DNA of 64,000 bases from Marsupella aquatica. Lineage: Eukaryota; Plantae; Marchantiophyta. The notes below the pieces were generated by a model, which made no database searches, had not been told where the DNA came from, and saw only the letters and a list, made by a program, of their open reading frames with translations. The stretch covers positions 18,115,292 to 18,179,291 of the forward strand of contig OZ316898.1 of NCBI GenBank assembly GCA_973895155.1, read 5' to 3'. Position 1 is the stretch's first letter. Each line of letters starts with the position of its first letter. Both the position numbers and the translations under genes were made by a program. Of the stretch, positions 1-14,449 are shown piece after piece.

Positions 1-310
1 AGACACGGTGCCCGTAATTATTGGGGGTCGAGAGCCACATCTTTCCAAAGAGAATACTGGAAAGGGTACGATAGAGTGATCACTGAATAGCCATACGATT
101 GCTTGGCGAGCAGAAAGCCCTGGCGAAAGTCAACGTCCTGTGGGCCCATTTTTATTTTGAGTACCGTACCGTATAATTCGGGCCGGTACGTATCTCGACC
201 GAGTCTCAGCTACAGAAAAGGACCGCCGGTCCGACGCATAGCCAGCTCAACGTCATCTCGACACTGTAATAATTAAGTTGCGCTGTTCAGAGTCTACAGG
301 GCCGCCAATT

Positions 311-957
311 GGGACGGTAAACTGTACTTTGTCCAAATTAGTAATCTGTTTCTAGAACTAATTTTAATTTCTAGATTGTGTTCACAATTTTATACCCGGT
401 TTGGATTTGTCGGACAAATAGCAGTATTTACAAAGACAAAAAATATGTCGTCCCGGTCGATCCCGGCCGCAAAGTGAACTGACGGCCCGGCCCCTTCGCC
501 CCCCTCGCCCGGCCTCCCTCCCGGCCCGGTCTCCCCACCCTCCCCCCCCGGCCTCTGTCCCGACCCCCCCTCCCCTCCCTCCCCCCCGCCCCGCCCCGGC
601 ATGGTCTCCCCACCCTCCCCCCCAGCCTCTGTACCCCTCCCCTCCCCTCCCCCCCGGCCCCCGTCCCTCCCGAACCCCCGGCCGGGAAAAAATTTGACTA
701 GGCCGGGAGAGTGTGGTGCTCAGCTGGGAGGGGTCGGGAGAATTTGACACCGGGCCGGGGAATATAAGAGAATATTGGACAAATAAAAGGTTTTTGGATG
801 GACAAGTTGTCATTTGTCATGTCGGACAGGACACATATTGTCCGACAGTGAAAACCTGGATTTTATATATGGCACGGTAAACTGTACCTTTGTCCAAATT
901 AGTAACCTGTTTGTAAAACTAATTTAATTTTTAGATTGTGTTCACAATTTTATATAT
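311..957. repeat. ~87-bp tandem duplication interrupted by the MITE
   Basis: ACGGTAAACTGTAC...TTCACAATTTTATA occurs at ~314-394 and again at ~874-954. Confidence 0.85.
395..859. mobile_element. GC-rich non-autonomous hAT-type MITE
   Basis: Imperfect TIRs: CCCGGTTTGGATTTGTCGGACAA on the left and, as reverse complement, CCAGGTTTTCACTGTCGGACAA on the right. Perfect 8-bp TSD ATTTTATA at 387-394 and 860-867; 8-bp TSDs are typical of hAT elements. The interior has a long C-rich tract. Confidence 0.85.
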
Positions 958-3900
958 GAGTTGGTTTAGTTGAACTCGAATGACCTGAGATGATATGTGA
1001 TTGATTTGTGGACACATTGAGTCTCTTTATTTGCCCATGCTAACCCCATCCAACCATGTTAGGCATTTATATTTAGGTCTAGGGTTACAACTACGATAGT
1101 AATTTGACTAACCTTAGCAGCGGACTTGGTTAGGTGCACACCCAACAAGCAGGTTGTTGTTTGTGAATAGAAACTCAGGTTCATTGTGATGTATAGAGCA
1201 AGTTAAGAGACAGGAGAGCTTGTGTTGCGGAGACTCAATATGGCCGGCGGACCTATATAGAGAAGTAAAATTCTTGTGTGTTCCTGTGGACATCCCGATG
1301 GACATAAACTCATCTGAGATGAACACTGACACATCTCTTAGTGATAACTACTTGTTTGTTGGATGAACATGGACATGTTGTTATGAATGACGTCTTTGCT
1401 CAGCAAAGCATACCTTCACCATAGACAATCCCATATTCCCCAGAATGGGGGTTATTAGTGTTACAAACAAAACCTAGTCTGTTTTGGTCCCGTGCATTCC
1501 CCCCACTTTCATGGTTAAAGCAAGTTACCTTTGACAAATTATGAGCCTCCACATATCCCTAGGCCAATGCATTTCATTTTGGTTAAGTCTAGTTTGGTTA
1601 GGCAAACTGTAAGATTGGCGCCCAATGTGATAATTAATTTAGAGCATCTTTCACTTGAGTTGAGACTCATTGGTCTAGAGTTCAAATGTTGTGGCCTGAT
1701 TGTTCCCTTTATGTGGAGTTTCACAGATTTCCCCTTAAAATATTCACAAAAAGAAAGATTGAGGGCAATGTGATAATTAAATTAGTTTTGTGAACATATT
1801 TATAAAATTGATAAGTTTGGGAGACAGGAAAGTAAAACATGTTTAGCAATAAGAGGGCGCCTCAATCCCAGAGAGAATGGCAAACAGGCAGTTACTGCCA
1901 TCCTGGTTCAGGTGGGATTTGCACAAAATATTAATCATATCTTTTGACAGGAAATGACATAACATCATTTGTTATCGACCTGATTTTGTTTTTTAATTTT
2001 TGAATCAATGTATACTTTGAAAAGGCAAGGTCTGCAAGATGCTTAGAATATTCTTTAAATTTAGATCCAAATTCTTTTGAGTTTTATAAGCGCTGTCAGA
2101 TGTTTTGCTAGGGGTCCAGAATCTTAATGAGTATTTAATATTTGAGAAAACAAGATGCAATTCTGGTATTCTTGTAGTCAGGTGAAAAGTTCCCCAACCT
2201 ATGAAGCTTGAAAAATTAGGGGATCACTACACTTAGACTTCCTATTTGTGTAGGGTGCAAAATTTGAATCTCATGAGGAATAGTGTTACTAGCCTTACTA
2301 GGAATACTCAACTTTAAACTCTTTGTCATTCGTCTATAAAAATAATCTCTTTTCAACTAACAAATCTAATGTGTACTTTTCTATTTCTATGATTTCACTT
2401 TATGTGAATGGGGGCAAGCATATGTCCAAATGTTTTTTAAGTGTGTTATATATATATATATACATAATATATATTTTAAGTGTAATTGAGGCCTAGTTAG
2501 ATCTTCTTTTCAGACCCACCTACATCAACTCAAGGCTCAATTTCAAAGGACCTTAAGATTGGGGTCCTTTTATGGATTTTCATTGTGTGAGTCTAGGTGT
2601 TGGTGTAGGTGCATCTATGCCCCAAGCTAGGATTTCCACTTTATTAATTCTTCGTTGTATAAAGTTTTGGGCTAGGAAAATGTATGATTTAAGTGCAACA
2701 GTCGTAATATGAGTTCCCTCGAAAAGTGTATTTTATAAATGAGGGGGCAATGGTGGGATTGGATATTAGAGTGTTTAGATTACAAGTAAGAGAAGTTAGA
2801 TTCCTGAAGAATCCAATGCAATAAGACTTAACAAGAGCAAAGCAATTAAATTTGACACCAACTAGCCTTCCATTGTACCTGTTCAACAGATGTGTCTGGG
2901 TGAGTTAGGGGCTGGGTGGGCTCCCAGACCCCCTTTGTTGGTGTGTAACTTTTACTTTGCTATGGCATTTTTCCTGACAATGATAGGTATTTTTAAGATT
3001 ATCATTGTTAGACAACTCCTGCATTCGTTAAAATTTGGAGATACAGTACTTGAGACATTACGAGAGACTTCATATGTTATAGTATGCACTCCAGGCTGGT
3101 CTAAAAAACTCTGTTAAGTGTTTGCCTTGGGCTTCTTCCTGAGAGTGTGCTCTTAGAGAGAGTCAATTGTATTTAGACAGACCCGCAGCAAAATCCAGGG
3201 GGCAGCAGCCAAGAATGATGTTATAGGTCAAGAATCTTAAACCTTTCAGTGGATGTCTGTTGCACTACAAAGGGTTCCGCATTCATTATTCTTTGGAATC
3301 AGTTGGTTTTAGGGTTTTTGAGACAAATTTCTCTCCTAGATGGTTTACTCTAGCGGTCTACCAAGATTTTTAGTTTGTTGCTCAATAGGGCTTTTTTCTT
3401 TTGCAATGGTTGGGGGTTGTTAGGGGCTTTTGGGCTTTGTGGCTCTTTGGTCTTCATGCATTTTCCCCCTGGATTTCTCTCCTTTTATTGGGTCTCCAGC
3501 CTTTGGGTTCCTGTTCCCTGGTTAGGTGCTGTTTGTTATTTGGCAGCAGTATAGAAATATTAGTGGGTCTCGTGCCTAGGGGATCTTGTCTCCCTGTTGG
3601 GCACATTTTGTAGGCATTGTGATAGATATTTCAGTGGGCCAATGTAATTAGAGAGGTTTGATACTTTTAAAGTCCCGGAAAGTCAAGCCAATGGAGAGTT
3701 AAGAGTTCTGACACTAAGTCGGCCATAGGAAAGTTAGTAAAGTCAACCATTCAGATACACTTGGATCATAGGTAGCATTCCATTTTCCAGCTGTGATGGG
3801 CTCCTCTAAGAAGGCCACTGGAAATCCATAAGAAAACGTGCTGACTGCAGGTATTTTTTTTCATGAGGGGAAACGGCCCATCAGCAGAAACCCCTGGTTT

Positions 3901-5968
3901 TTTTGGTCTGTTTTCGAATCAGTTCCGACACTATTACAATCGCCTTTGGCATATAACACATTAAACTTGTCTGAAGTGGACCCATGTTAAATGCAGAAGC
4001 AGAACCCATTGCCACACCAGAACTAAACTGGAAGCAGCATTGTCTAGTCAGGGATTGAAGTTGAGACCTGTTGGTAACAAGCCCTGGTCACTTCCCTCCA
4101 AGGTGCTTGGATACAAGCAATGTTGGCTTTATAGAAATAACTTGATTTGCAAAGAAAAAAATGAAAGTTTGGTGTATCTTATAAATCTTCAATTACAAGC
4201 TAGAGTTGGGGCCTAGGCTTCTAGAGTGAAGCCTCTAGACCGTAACTCCATGGCTCATCATGTGGATGAGAAAACTGATGTCTATGATATATGTCATGAT
4301 AATCATGACTACTTTTTGTTATGATTTCTATTTGTATTAAAAATTGATGTCTATAGCCCCACCATATTATATGTGCATAAGTAGGATGTGGGATAGAAAA
4401 ATTGAAAGTGGGATGTGCATAGAAAAGAGTACTATGGTATGTTATGTATGATTATTAAAATGATGATATGTTTGATAAATTTTTTATCATTTCATTAACC
4501 TTCAAAACATGTGAATAAGGAATATATTTTGGTGACATTTTTATTGTCCTCCCCGCTATTCATGTTCAAAGAACGGGTAGTCGGGGCAGTATCATCTATT
4601 CTTGAATGATTTACATGGGTACTACAGTTCACAACAGTCATTCATAAGCAAACAACAGTCATTCATAAGCAAATGCAGAGAAGGCGAATGAAGAAAGATA
4701 TTGGGTGGGAGATACTATTCAATTAAAAATGGAATCTTGCCCCAATCTGGCTTTCCCTTCCGTTTGTAAGGCCTAGCTTTCAAAATGAGGCCTTACTTGA
4801 GATGGGAATGCACGAGTGGGCCCAACACACAAACATGGTTTAATGCAACTGAACACTATTTTGTAGGGCTTCGAACTTCGCATATTCTCAACTCTGCTGT
4901 AGCAAACTCTCAGCATCCATTAATTGTTGCTACTAGCATCAACAGCTTCCATACAGCAAGAATTAAAATTTCAATCATGATGTGCAAACGATGGACTTCC
5001 TTACTCTCTGAAGCGTTCTTGCATCAGCGCTTTGCTTTTGCATTGAATGGCAATGGACTAAATGTGGACTGATTGATTGTGATCATGCCCGTCTTCGATG
5101 GATTTTCAACAGGGATTATACTCTCAGACATCAGCGAAAACTTGCGACTCTATTGTTGTTGTGAGAGGATGCTCTAAGTTTTTAACGGTTAGTAAGACAT
5201 TCTTGTCGTGGTAAGAGTTCCTTTAGCCGTTAGTTATATGAATATGTACCCATGATCAAAAGCGTTCAAGATGGCGATGTGAACAGGTCCGAAACCACTC
5301 AAACTAGGTCACAAGTAGATCCCGAAGGATAGAACTTCAAGGCCATCCCAATCAAGCGGGACGAATTTAGTTTAGCGTAGGGCCCCAAACAACCAAGTCT
5401 TGGCGGAATGCTTCCAGATGATTTTATTCTCGAATAGGTGGAAAGAATTTTAGCAGTCAACACCCTATGAACAGAAGGATGAACTTATGGATTCCATCAT
5501 ATGATCTGTCATAAACTATTAGCAATGGTGCGAAATCGCTTCAAAAGTGCCAAACGGTGCCCCTACTATTTCGTTCCGGAGTGAAAGGAGATTTCCCAGG
5601 TGCACTGTACACTAGGCTTTTGAAGGAATCTGACTCTAACTAGTGAACAGAAAACGCGATGTCCATAAAATGAGGACCCCGCAACAGAACAAGGTGAAAT
5701 TGCAACGGTATGTTTAACTTCTGCAACTATGACAGGTGTTCACAGCAGTATGACTTACTGTATGGCTAACTTCGCGCAGCAACTTCAGAATCCTGGGTTT
5801 CCGACAAGTATCAGAATCAAATCGAAGACTTCGACAGCTCATATCAAGAAACAGTTCAGCAGTGTCACTATTCAATATGAATGTGCCTGAAAACTCATTG
5901 CCTACAAAATAAATTGCTTGTGGAAGAGTAACACGGTGGTGCTTCAAAAACACTCGGCTGTACAGCCC

Positions 5969-8252
5969 TTATAAATCTGTTGTATCTTCTGCACTATCAC
6001 CCACTTCTGAGGAAATTTCTGACGATGGTGCTGGGGACTCTTCTCCAGGAAGTTCATCTTCCAAGCCTGGAATGTACAGGAGATTCACGTCGAAAATCAC
6101 AGGGCTAGCAGGTGGAACCCTTGGTCGCCCAGCAGCAGAATTCAAACCCTTCGGAAATGCGAGCTGCCACATGGGTGCATTTTGTTAGTAAGAGCAGGTC
6201 CTGATTCAACACTAAGAAGGTGTGTGTTCGGTTTCCAAAACGGACCGGCATTTACAGCTGCTCCAATTTAAGAAGAGAGTACCGATACAGAAGGAAAAAC
6301 CAAACCTAGAAGATCTCAATATCAGGTATGCCCAAAACTTCGCAACAAAGGGTGAACACTTGTTCCCAAACAGGTTGGCTTAGGGCCCTCAGGAAGAATA
6401 GGGTCATACTAAAAAAGCTAATGGGTGGCCAGTCCTTTCTTAATTAAACATTCTTTCATGACATCTATTCTAGCCCTTAAAATGCAAGCAAGACATTTGC
6501 CTGGCTGAAAGGAATGACACTTTTAAAGAGGTGAATCACGAAACAAACAACGACTGCAACAGAAATAGGATAGTCGTTGATGTTGTACTTGTCCAGGGAT
6601 GTAGAGTCGGCGTACTCCACCAACTTTCATGGTTAAGATACCTTCATCCAAGCCCTGGAGGATCTGCAGGCCAAAATTTATAAAAGAGCCCACACGTCAC
6701 TGTGACATCCACACCTCCAAAAAGGAGAACGGGATCCTTTTAATGGAAGTGAGAAGTGCAGAGAACGAAGGTACAAGCCATGCCTACCTGGCCTGATCCA
6801 ACCCTAAAGATATACGGTAGTCCTCTGTCCAACGAGCTGCAATATCCAGCACAATGTGGTCCACGTCAGCGGTCAAGGTCACAACCAATTTCACTAAGCC
6901 CAGAGTATTGAGAAAAATGCGGATAGAGTAATGTCCTCGGAGCACATATCTGAAGTGTACTGCGCTTAATTGAGTAAGAAAACTCGTACCTGTCAAATAC
7001 TTTGCCTGTAGGGATCATTGCCACATAATTTGCTGCCACCTGGGATGTGTCCATGGAGCGTAAGCACTAAATGAAAGATCAATATTTTCTCAAAGTTGTG
7101 TGATCTAGTGACGCCCTTTCAACTTCAAAAACACTTCGTAGAAGACCCTAGGCAACACCTACAAGCAGTGCTCAATGGAGACCACATTTTGAGCTGAATG
7201 GTGTTACAACCTCTACAAAATCAGTTCGATATGTCAATTACGATAATAGCATTTTATCTTTTCAAGTCTGTAACTACAACGAGAACTGCCGTAAGAATCA
7301 TTGCACCTATCAAAATAAACTATACATACGTGATAGTAGTAGTGGAGGATTTCGCACCTGGAAACCCTTCAGAGGGCTAGGTCCCTTTCCAACAATTATG
7401 TCCTTGTATTGCAACCCCGATGGAGTGGTTTCTGTTGGAATCTGCAGACAATCCAACAATAAGTCATTTGGGCAAATGAGACTTGTACCCAACCCCGCTG
7501 CCAATGCTACTCGCCAATCATTCAGACAAAAAAAGAAATTGCAAACCCTCCCAGGATGGTATCTAGGAGAAATTACATGCGAAAACCGGGTACAAGGACG
7601 CAAATATACAATTCCTCTGGAAGTCAACGCCGAAAAGGACCGATCCAAGAACGAAATCCCAGCCAAACGAAATTGCCTACTACTAGAAAGTATGGCACTA
7701 GAGGCCCTACCTAAGAAGTGCAGGGTTCTTAGATGCCCCGTTTTAATGAACTAAAGGGGTGTAAGTTTTTCCTTTAGATATTCATGATTGCGTTGCCCTG
7801 GGTTGCAGTTCTCGGTCACAGTTGAGGGTCGAGCCTCTTTTTGCAAAGAAAAAAAGCATGCAGGGAATTCCCGATGGAAATAAGCAGGTTAGCGCAATGG
7901 CCTTGGAGAAGAAAGCAATATATATTAGCAACTAAGGGTGTTAGGTTTGCTGGAACAGCTACCTTATCTAGGTCCTTCTCACAGTCAGCGTCACAAATCC
8001 GAGGCTTCTCTTCCTCTGGCAATCCCGCTGCGTTAGCAGCTGTCCTGTCATTGCAAGGCAGCAGAGAAAGAGTTGCAGCTAACCCACACAGTCCCATTGC
8101 TTCTCTTCTGTTGACGGTGACGGGCAGCTCTTGACTTCTCTCGCTGATATTTTCGTTTGTATTTCTGGCGTTGGTGACACAGCGGGTAAGAGTCGGCCGA
8201 ATTGAGGAATATCCATGGCGTATTTGCCTTGAAGAACTGCTGGGACACAATC
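5969..8252 (-). CDS. FKBP16-3: Thylakoid-lumen FKBP-type peptidyl-prolyl isomerase (FKBP16-3-like); start codon unresolved
   Basis: Exons ~8252-7963, 7441-7358, 7039-6990, 6836-6788, 6663-6589 and 6163-5969 join in frame: twin-Arg NRREAM, AGLPEEEKPRICDADCEKDLDK-IPTETTPSGLQYKDIIVGKGPSP..VAANYVAMIPTGKVFDSSLDRGLPYIFRVGSGQ-ILQGLDEGILTMKVGGVRRLYIPG-LAFPKGL..PVIFDVNL. A stop lies just upstream of 8252 in frame, so a further 5' exon is needed; one candidate is ATG-G at 8525-8522. Confidence 0.93.
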
Positions 8253-8913
8253 CTGCGAGTCGGAGTCATCCAAGCGTGATTTGTCTGAATTGGAAATGAT
8301 TTCTGCCCTGAAACGGAAGGACGAGTTCCGTGACAGGGAATCGCCCCCTCCAACTTTCATCCCATTCCGGATACAATTCTGCATTCGAATGACAACAATC
8401 GAAAGACAAACGACAAACACAGAAGCTCTAGAGAGCTATGGAACGACATTTTGCGAATTCGGGAGCAAATCAAGCCACATTGGGCCATTGAATTCAACAA
8501 CACGCTCAAGATTGCACAAACCCATAGCAATCGGCCTAACCGAACTCAGATAGTCGCAAAAGATTCACAGGATGCATGAATAAAGGAACGAATGAGACTC
8601 GTTGTCCACAGGGCCCAGTAGGAAGACGGTGCTAAATGTCAAGGTGAAGTAACGGACGATTAAGTAATTGAATGGCACAGTCAGAAGAGAGACCTCGGAC
8701 CTGATCATGGGACTTGACATGAACAAACCTTGCGAATGGCAATGCACACAGCGTTCGGGACTGTGCGGCGGGCAGACTTCCAAAAATCAGAGAACGAGAA
8801 GATTGAAGTGAATTGCACAATCCCACATACCCCCACATGAGCAAGACAGATGCCCAGATGAAGCAGGCAGTGAACAAACAACCCAGCAGCCCACAGACAC
8901 AAAAGCTTGGGTT

Positions 8914-8935
8914 GCAATGCAATGCAATGCAATGC
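8914..8935. repeat. (ATGCA)n pentanucleotide microsatellite
   Basis: GCAATGCAATGCAATGCAATGC. Confidence 0.8.
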
Positions 8936-11079
8936 CGTGGCTGGTCAAAACTGCGAAGATGAGGAATGGAGGGAAGGAGCTGAAACTGAAACAGAGAGAG
9001 GGAGAGGGAGATGTGGGCAAGGATACCCACCAGTGCATTGCAGGCTGGAAAGAGCCGCCGGCATGGCTGCTACGAAAGCACCAGACGCCATTCTACTCCA
9101 ACTTCCTCACGTAATCAGCTCCGCTACTAGAGATTGTAAATTCCTGGGTTGGTCTGAATTCCTCCCACCACCTCTCCTCGCCCAACAACGATCTCACCCG
9201 CCCAATTCCTCAGTTCCTCTGCTGCGACACAGAGCCACACTCTCGTTAGGAGGAGGATGATGCAAGTCCTTCTGTCCGATTTGCTACTGGTGCCAAGCTT
9301 TCACTGAGCCCGATGTCCATGGCACTTGTCCTGAGCTCTTCGAGCACCAGCAAGGCAGGAATGGCATTCGTTATCCACAAAACATCAATCACGGACAAAA
9401 CTTCTGTCCAGCGTAATCTTTAAGGTTTTTACTTTTTCGCCAGAGTGGCGAATGTCGACTCTATCAAGGAGAAGATGCTCAAAAAATTCTATATCTTTCC
9501 TGGGAGGACCGTTAGATCTCCTTAGATTTAAGGATGACCATTAGATACTTGCTAATGGGGCTTGTGAGACAGAGAAAAACTAGCCATTTTTTGCCAAAAG
9601 TGGAATCTGGCAAATTTTTGCCACTAAAAAATACTCTGCTTCTGTCATCCACCAATGCAAAGCAAGGAGGTGGTTCCATGATCAGTTTGTTTCTCAATCC
9701 CTGGTAATAAGGCATTGTGAGCTAGTATGAATTTCCAAAAATTGTTATCTTGTTTTTTTGGTCATATTTTCACTCCTAGGTGTAATATGTATCATCTGAC
9801 CAAAACGAGGGTTTCATTGAGGTCCAGCATTGTTGCAAACCCTGACATCTAAATTTTCAAGAGTTTGGCTTGAGAACTATTTATTATAAAGGGAAGGTTT
9901 TGAAATTTGGCACCTTTTTATCTCTTTTGTACCTTAATCACTGGATCAATAGTTCTCCATTTCATCCCACCTTAATGACTTGGGTGAAAGGTGATAAATA
10001 CCGCCCCCTTTATGACATACCTTAGCTCCAAGGACAACTTTCACATATAATCCTCTTGCTGGAGTTCATAGTCATGGGAGTTTCAACTCTTATGGCATAC
10101 GTGAAGCTCCCATAAGAAGGTTCATATTGAGTCCTCTTGCTGATATTCTTTATTTTCCATTCTTTGAATCTACTTATTATTTATTAAATCCCTTAACTCT
10201 TACTGAGAGATAAAAGCTTACACAAGGGACTTTTGTGTGTATTTGATACAGCCATTCATAGGAAGTGGTCCCCTAACAAATGCTGTTAAGAGTTCAGTGT
10301 CTCCAGTTTGTATTTGATATGGTCTTTTGTACCACATGGTACCCTAATGAATGTCCACCCGCCCACAAAGATGAGCAAGGCTGCCCCTATAGCTCCCTTA
10401 CAAGGTATGACGTTGATCATATACTTTGGGAGTTGCAACTCTCAAAACTCTAGCAACCCTAATACTGTACATAGGTTTGGGAGTTGCAACTCGAGAAATT
10501 ATATGATGCAAGCAGACAGGAAATTATGCTAGCGTGGTGAGTATCTAGTTAGTCACAAGAGTGGTCCTTAATGCCTTTTCATTTTGCCTGACTTTTGCAT
10601 TTCTAAGACCCCATATGGATAGCCAGTTACCTAGCCAAAAGAGATATTAAAATTGGGTTTTAATACAGAACGACACAAAATTTAAGATATGTGAAACCGA
10701 GTTTTGGCTGGTCTATGTTTGTGGCTTTTTCCTCCAAGGAGAAAAACGTATGGTGTTGGGATCTTTTTTGCTGTCATGCTACAAACTAAGAATTAAAGAC
10801 AAACAAACAAGACAGTGTTAACCACTCAACATTACACGTGAAGAAGGGCATAAGGAAAGGTCATTCTTCACTTGTGGGTGTATTCGGTTGCTGGAGCTCG
10901 TAGAAGCTCTTGCTCTGGAATCTATCTACCTTGGAAGAAAACGACTGAAATTGGATTGAAGAGATGCGCATGTCGGTCCCGACATTCTTCTTAGCTCAAC
11001 TGCGAGCTCTATTCGTTTTTTGAGCACATTTCGAGGACCCTGGTATCCAACACTCTGCAGATTGTCGAGTCGTAGACAG

Positions 11080-13047
11080 ATGGTGGACGACGATGACGAC
11101 TACATGGCTGATCTCTCCAAGTTCTTACCGACCGAATCTTCCGCTCCTGTTGCTCAGGTTTTTGCCCTGCTCCTCCTCGTCATCTGGTTGTGGGCTTGTG
11201 GGAGTTACATTGTAGGTGGGTTCTACAGTTTGTGGGTGTTTTGATGTTGCATTCGATCCCCTGCTCACTCTACACTTCTGACTGCGACTCCACCAAAGCC
11301 ATTCTATGAAGCCCAGATATATTCTCAGCCGGGGGAGATTCTCCTCCCAGTGATAGAATGAATTGTGTGATTGCCTGGGATTGTGGGCTGTGAGTAGAAT
11401 CGATGCGTGAAGCCTGGACGAGGAAACAAAGTTCGTGTAAGTTCTTCGAACAAGAATAACCTAGCTGACCTCGCAGGCTCTAGTATGTGAGAAGGTGTTC
11501 TTTCCGTTTAGGAGATTAAGCACCGACTGGGACGGCTGAGCATATTGCCTAGAGGAGAGCTTCGCAGTGTGGAATTACCTAGTAGAAAGATAGGGGAGGG
11601 AGGACTGGCGTTGTTTTAATGACGATCTCCTAAATGACCTAGAATTAAGCTGCTGCTTCCCATGCTGAAATCCGTTCACCTAGTGTTACTCTCCAAAAAT
11701 GCACACACCTGAAATGATTTTCCTTTACATTTAGGGTTCTGAAGTGAAGGGCTTCACTGCAGACAACTAAAATATGTTTCTGAATGATGATATGGGTACT
11801 TTGAATTTAAGAAAGAGAAGACAGTGGCTTAGTTTTTGTCCTTTAATTCCCAACAATCAGTCCTGACGTTGATATTTTATTTTTTCTAGAAAGGGAATGG
11901 AAAAGTGTCAGCGGATGCGAAAAGTAAGCTGCCCGGGAAGGAGAAGAGAAAGGTAGTTGTGCAGGAGCAACAGAAAAAGGCTGAAGAAGAGCAGCGTAAG
12001 GAAGGGCTGGGGTCCGCCATTCCCTCGTCCAACATAGGATTCAAAATGCTTCAACAGATGGGCTACAATCCTGGAACTGCTCTCGGAAAGCACGGGCAAG
12101 GACTTTTGGAGCCTGTCAACATCGACCTGAAACGTTCTAAAACAGGTCTGGGACGAGATGATGCCGTTAAGGAGGAGCAACTAGCCAAAGCCAAGAGGGC
12201 AGAGGTTGAGGCTATGAGGAATAGGCAAAAGGAAAAGGAACTGAGGGCTGACTTTCAAGTACGGAGGAGAGATTCTTGGCATTCTCGAAAAATAAAAAGT
12301 GACTATCGGAAAGCTTGTGCCACGTATCTCCAGCTTGAAGAAAGCTCTCCAAGCTCTTCCTCTGCTGAGCAACCAGGCAAGGATAACATTCCCACTAATC
12401 AGGAAACCGCGCTCGTCAATGATGGCTTGTCCACTTCCGGAGAAGCTGAGGACAAAGCCGAAGAGGAAGAAGAGGAAGAGGAAATCACTGTAGAGGTACT
12501 GTTGTTCGCACGGCTTCTGCTTGTATTCCTCCGGTGTATATGCAGGACTAGCTAAGTTATCTCAGGACTTTGCCAGTCTGACCATCATTTTGGATACAGC
12601 TGGGTTGAGGATGAAGAGGTGTCAGAAGAAGCTCTTCAAGGCGCCTAGCACTGTAGTAGACTCGACGATTCTCTCTGGAGCGTCAGTTTTGGAGACAGCT
12701 GTCTTTTGGGATGTGTTATCGAACGAGTACATGCGTTCGAAATTTGGTGGAATCAATAGCGAGGTTTTGAGGAATAGCTTTTCTGTTGCTTTTGGATCGC
12801 AGATGTTGCAGGAAATGTTGCGGAAGTTGCGAGACCAGTACAACTACTGTTTCTACTGTGGTTATAAGGTTAGATGCCTTGTGCCGGACATGTCAGCAAT
12901 TCAGTTGTCTGATGGTTCTATGGATCAGTTAATACATTTGCTTGGTTCTACGAGTCTGACATCCAAAACCTTGCTGTTATTTTACAGTACGAGTCTGCTG
13001 CAGCATTGTCAGCTAATTGTCCTGGCTTGGAGGAGGATGCTCACTAA
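11080..13047 (+). CDS. GPATCH11: G-patch domain protein with C-terminal DUF4187-type Cys domain (GPATCH11-like)
   Basis: Exons 11080-11157, 11890-12495, 12803-12868 and 12988-13047. N-terminus DDDDYMADLSKFL; G-patch SSNIGFKMLQQMGYNPGTALGKHGQGLLEPV; C-terminus LRDQYNYCFYCGYKYESAAALSANCPGLEEDAH*. Confidence 0.92.
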
Positions 13048-14449
13048 CAGGACCTCAGATTAAAAGCTGTATCCCTTCAGATCTGACATTTCATCAAGAT
13101 TGCAGGTAAGAACATTCAACCCTTTCGCATGACTTCAAGAAAGTCACTTCAGGGAAGCATCGTGGTCTTAACACCTCTAGATGGTCTACGCAACACCAAA
13201 AGCATGATTCATATCTTAGGGATCTTCCTTAGAAGTAGTCCCCTCAAGTTAGAATTCTCTCAGGTCTCTCGATTTGCTCTTCTACATCTTTCTGTCAATA
13301 ATAGCTGGGACAAAATCCCTTTGTTCCTGACGAGACTCTGCGATGAGTACAGAAATCTAACATAGAAACTCTGTTACATACAATTTTTTCAAGTTACTGT
13401 ACCCTTCCTTCTTGTGTGGTGTACTCGCGAGAATTGGTCCATTTCTTTTGTAGTAATATGTTTGGTGGTTGTGTGAGGTAAACAGATGGTAGCTTCCCCT
13501 TTGATGCAATGTATCTCGGTGGACTCTGGGATTCAACGCTTCCGCATTAGATGATCAATCCACTGCTCTCAGTGGAAGTAACGTCACGGCGTAGTTGATA
13601 AGGATGGACCGGCCAAACCTAGAGCACCACGGACCATACTATCAGCGCGCAGTGATTGAAAGATACCAACTTGGACTCTTGAATTTAATTGGTATCAGCT
13701 TAGAAGGTAATCCTGAGAAAGTAATTCAAAACCAGGGCAGCCCATATAAATCCTACTAGAGCATCAAAAATAATGGTTAAGGCCGAAATCTGTCTTAAAT
13801 CATTTAGGATAATGCCAGAGAAAGCTGCACCTATGATGATCACAAAGCTGGAGGATTACATGTTAGTTTCATTGGCAGAGGTCTGCTATCGATTTTGACC
13901 CTTGGAGTTACAAGGGCAAGCTTTTCCTCGCATTCAGTGTGCAGTAAAAGCAATTGCCCCTGCATCTTAGTTTCACACATTGGTATTCGTGTCCAGTTAG
14001 TGTAAAATGTCACACTGAAGCACTTCTCTGAGTTGTTGCATGCTAACGAGATGATCTGCGATGGAATTGCCATAAAGAGCTGACATCTTGTTGCATACCT
14101 GTTCTAAAGAATTTTGTTGCATATCGATGAACTAGACGTCTTCATCCTCTATGTGTGAGGCATCCTCTATGTTTGAGCATCACTTTTTTCTTGTTTCGTT
14201 TTCTTGGTTGGGCGTTTGCAGATGACTTGAGACCTTGTGACTGGCTGGCGTTTGCTTCCATAATCCGAATGAAATGTTCGAGAAGGTGCATAGGTGCATT
14301 TTTGGATTGAGTTGCATCCCTCTTTTGAGTCCTGCCCGAAGGCACATCCTTTGAAAGTAGTCCTCTTGGATACTCGAAAACGTTGATGCAGCTGAATTGC
14401 TTTATGATTGATTTTTGAAACTCTCTTGTGGTTTGGAGAAGGATTGAAA

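Noticed and set aside
382-813. Gly/Arg-rich ORFs here and at 21883-22347, 44424-44891 and 45763-46241
   Set aside because: They are translations of GC-rich MITE or low-complexity DNA, not genes.
4250-4286. MAHHVDEKTDVY resembles a receptor-like kinase subdomain IX fragment
   Set aside because: Only about 8 residues match, with no flanking kinase motifs; likely chance or an unusable remnant.
12521-13063. 180-aa ORF as an independent gene
   Set aside because: It is intron read-through around exon 3 of the G-patch gene.
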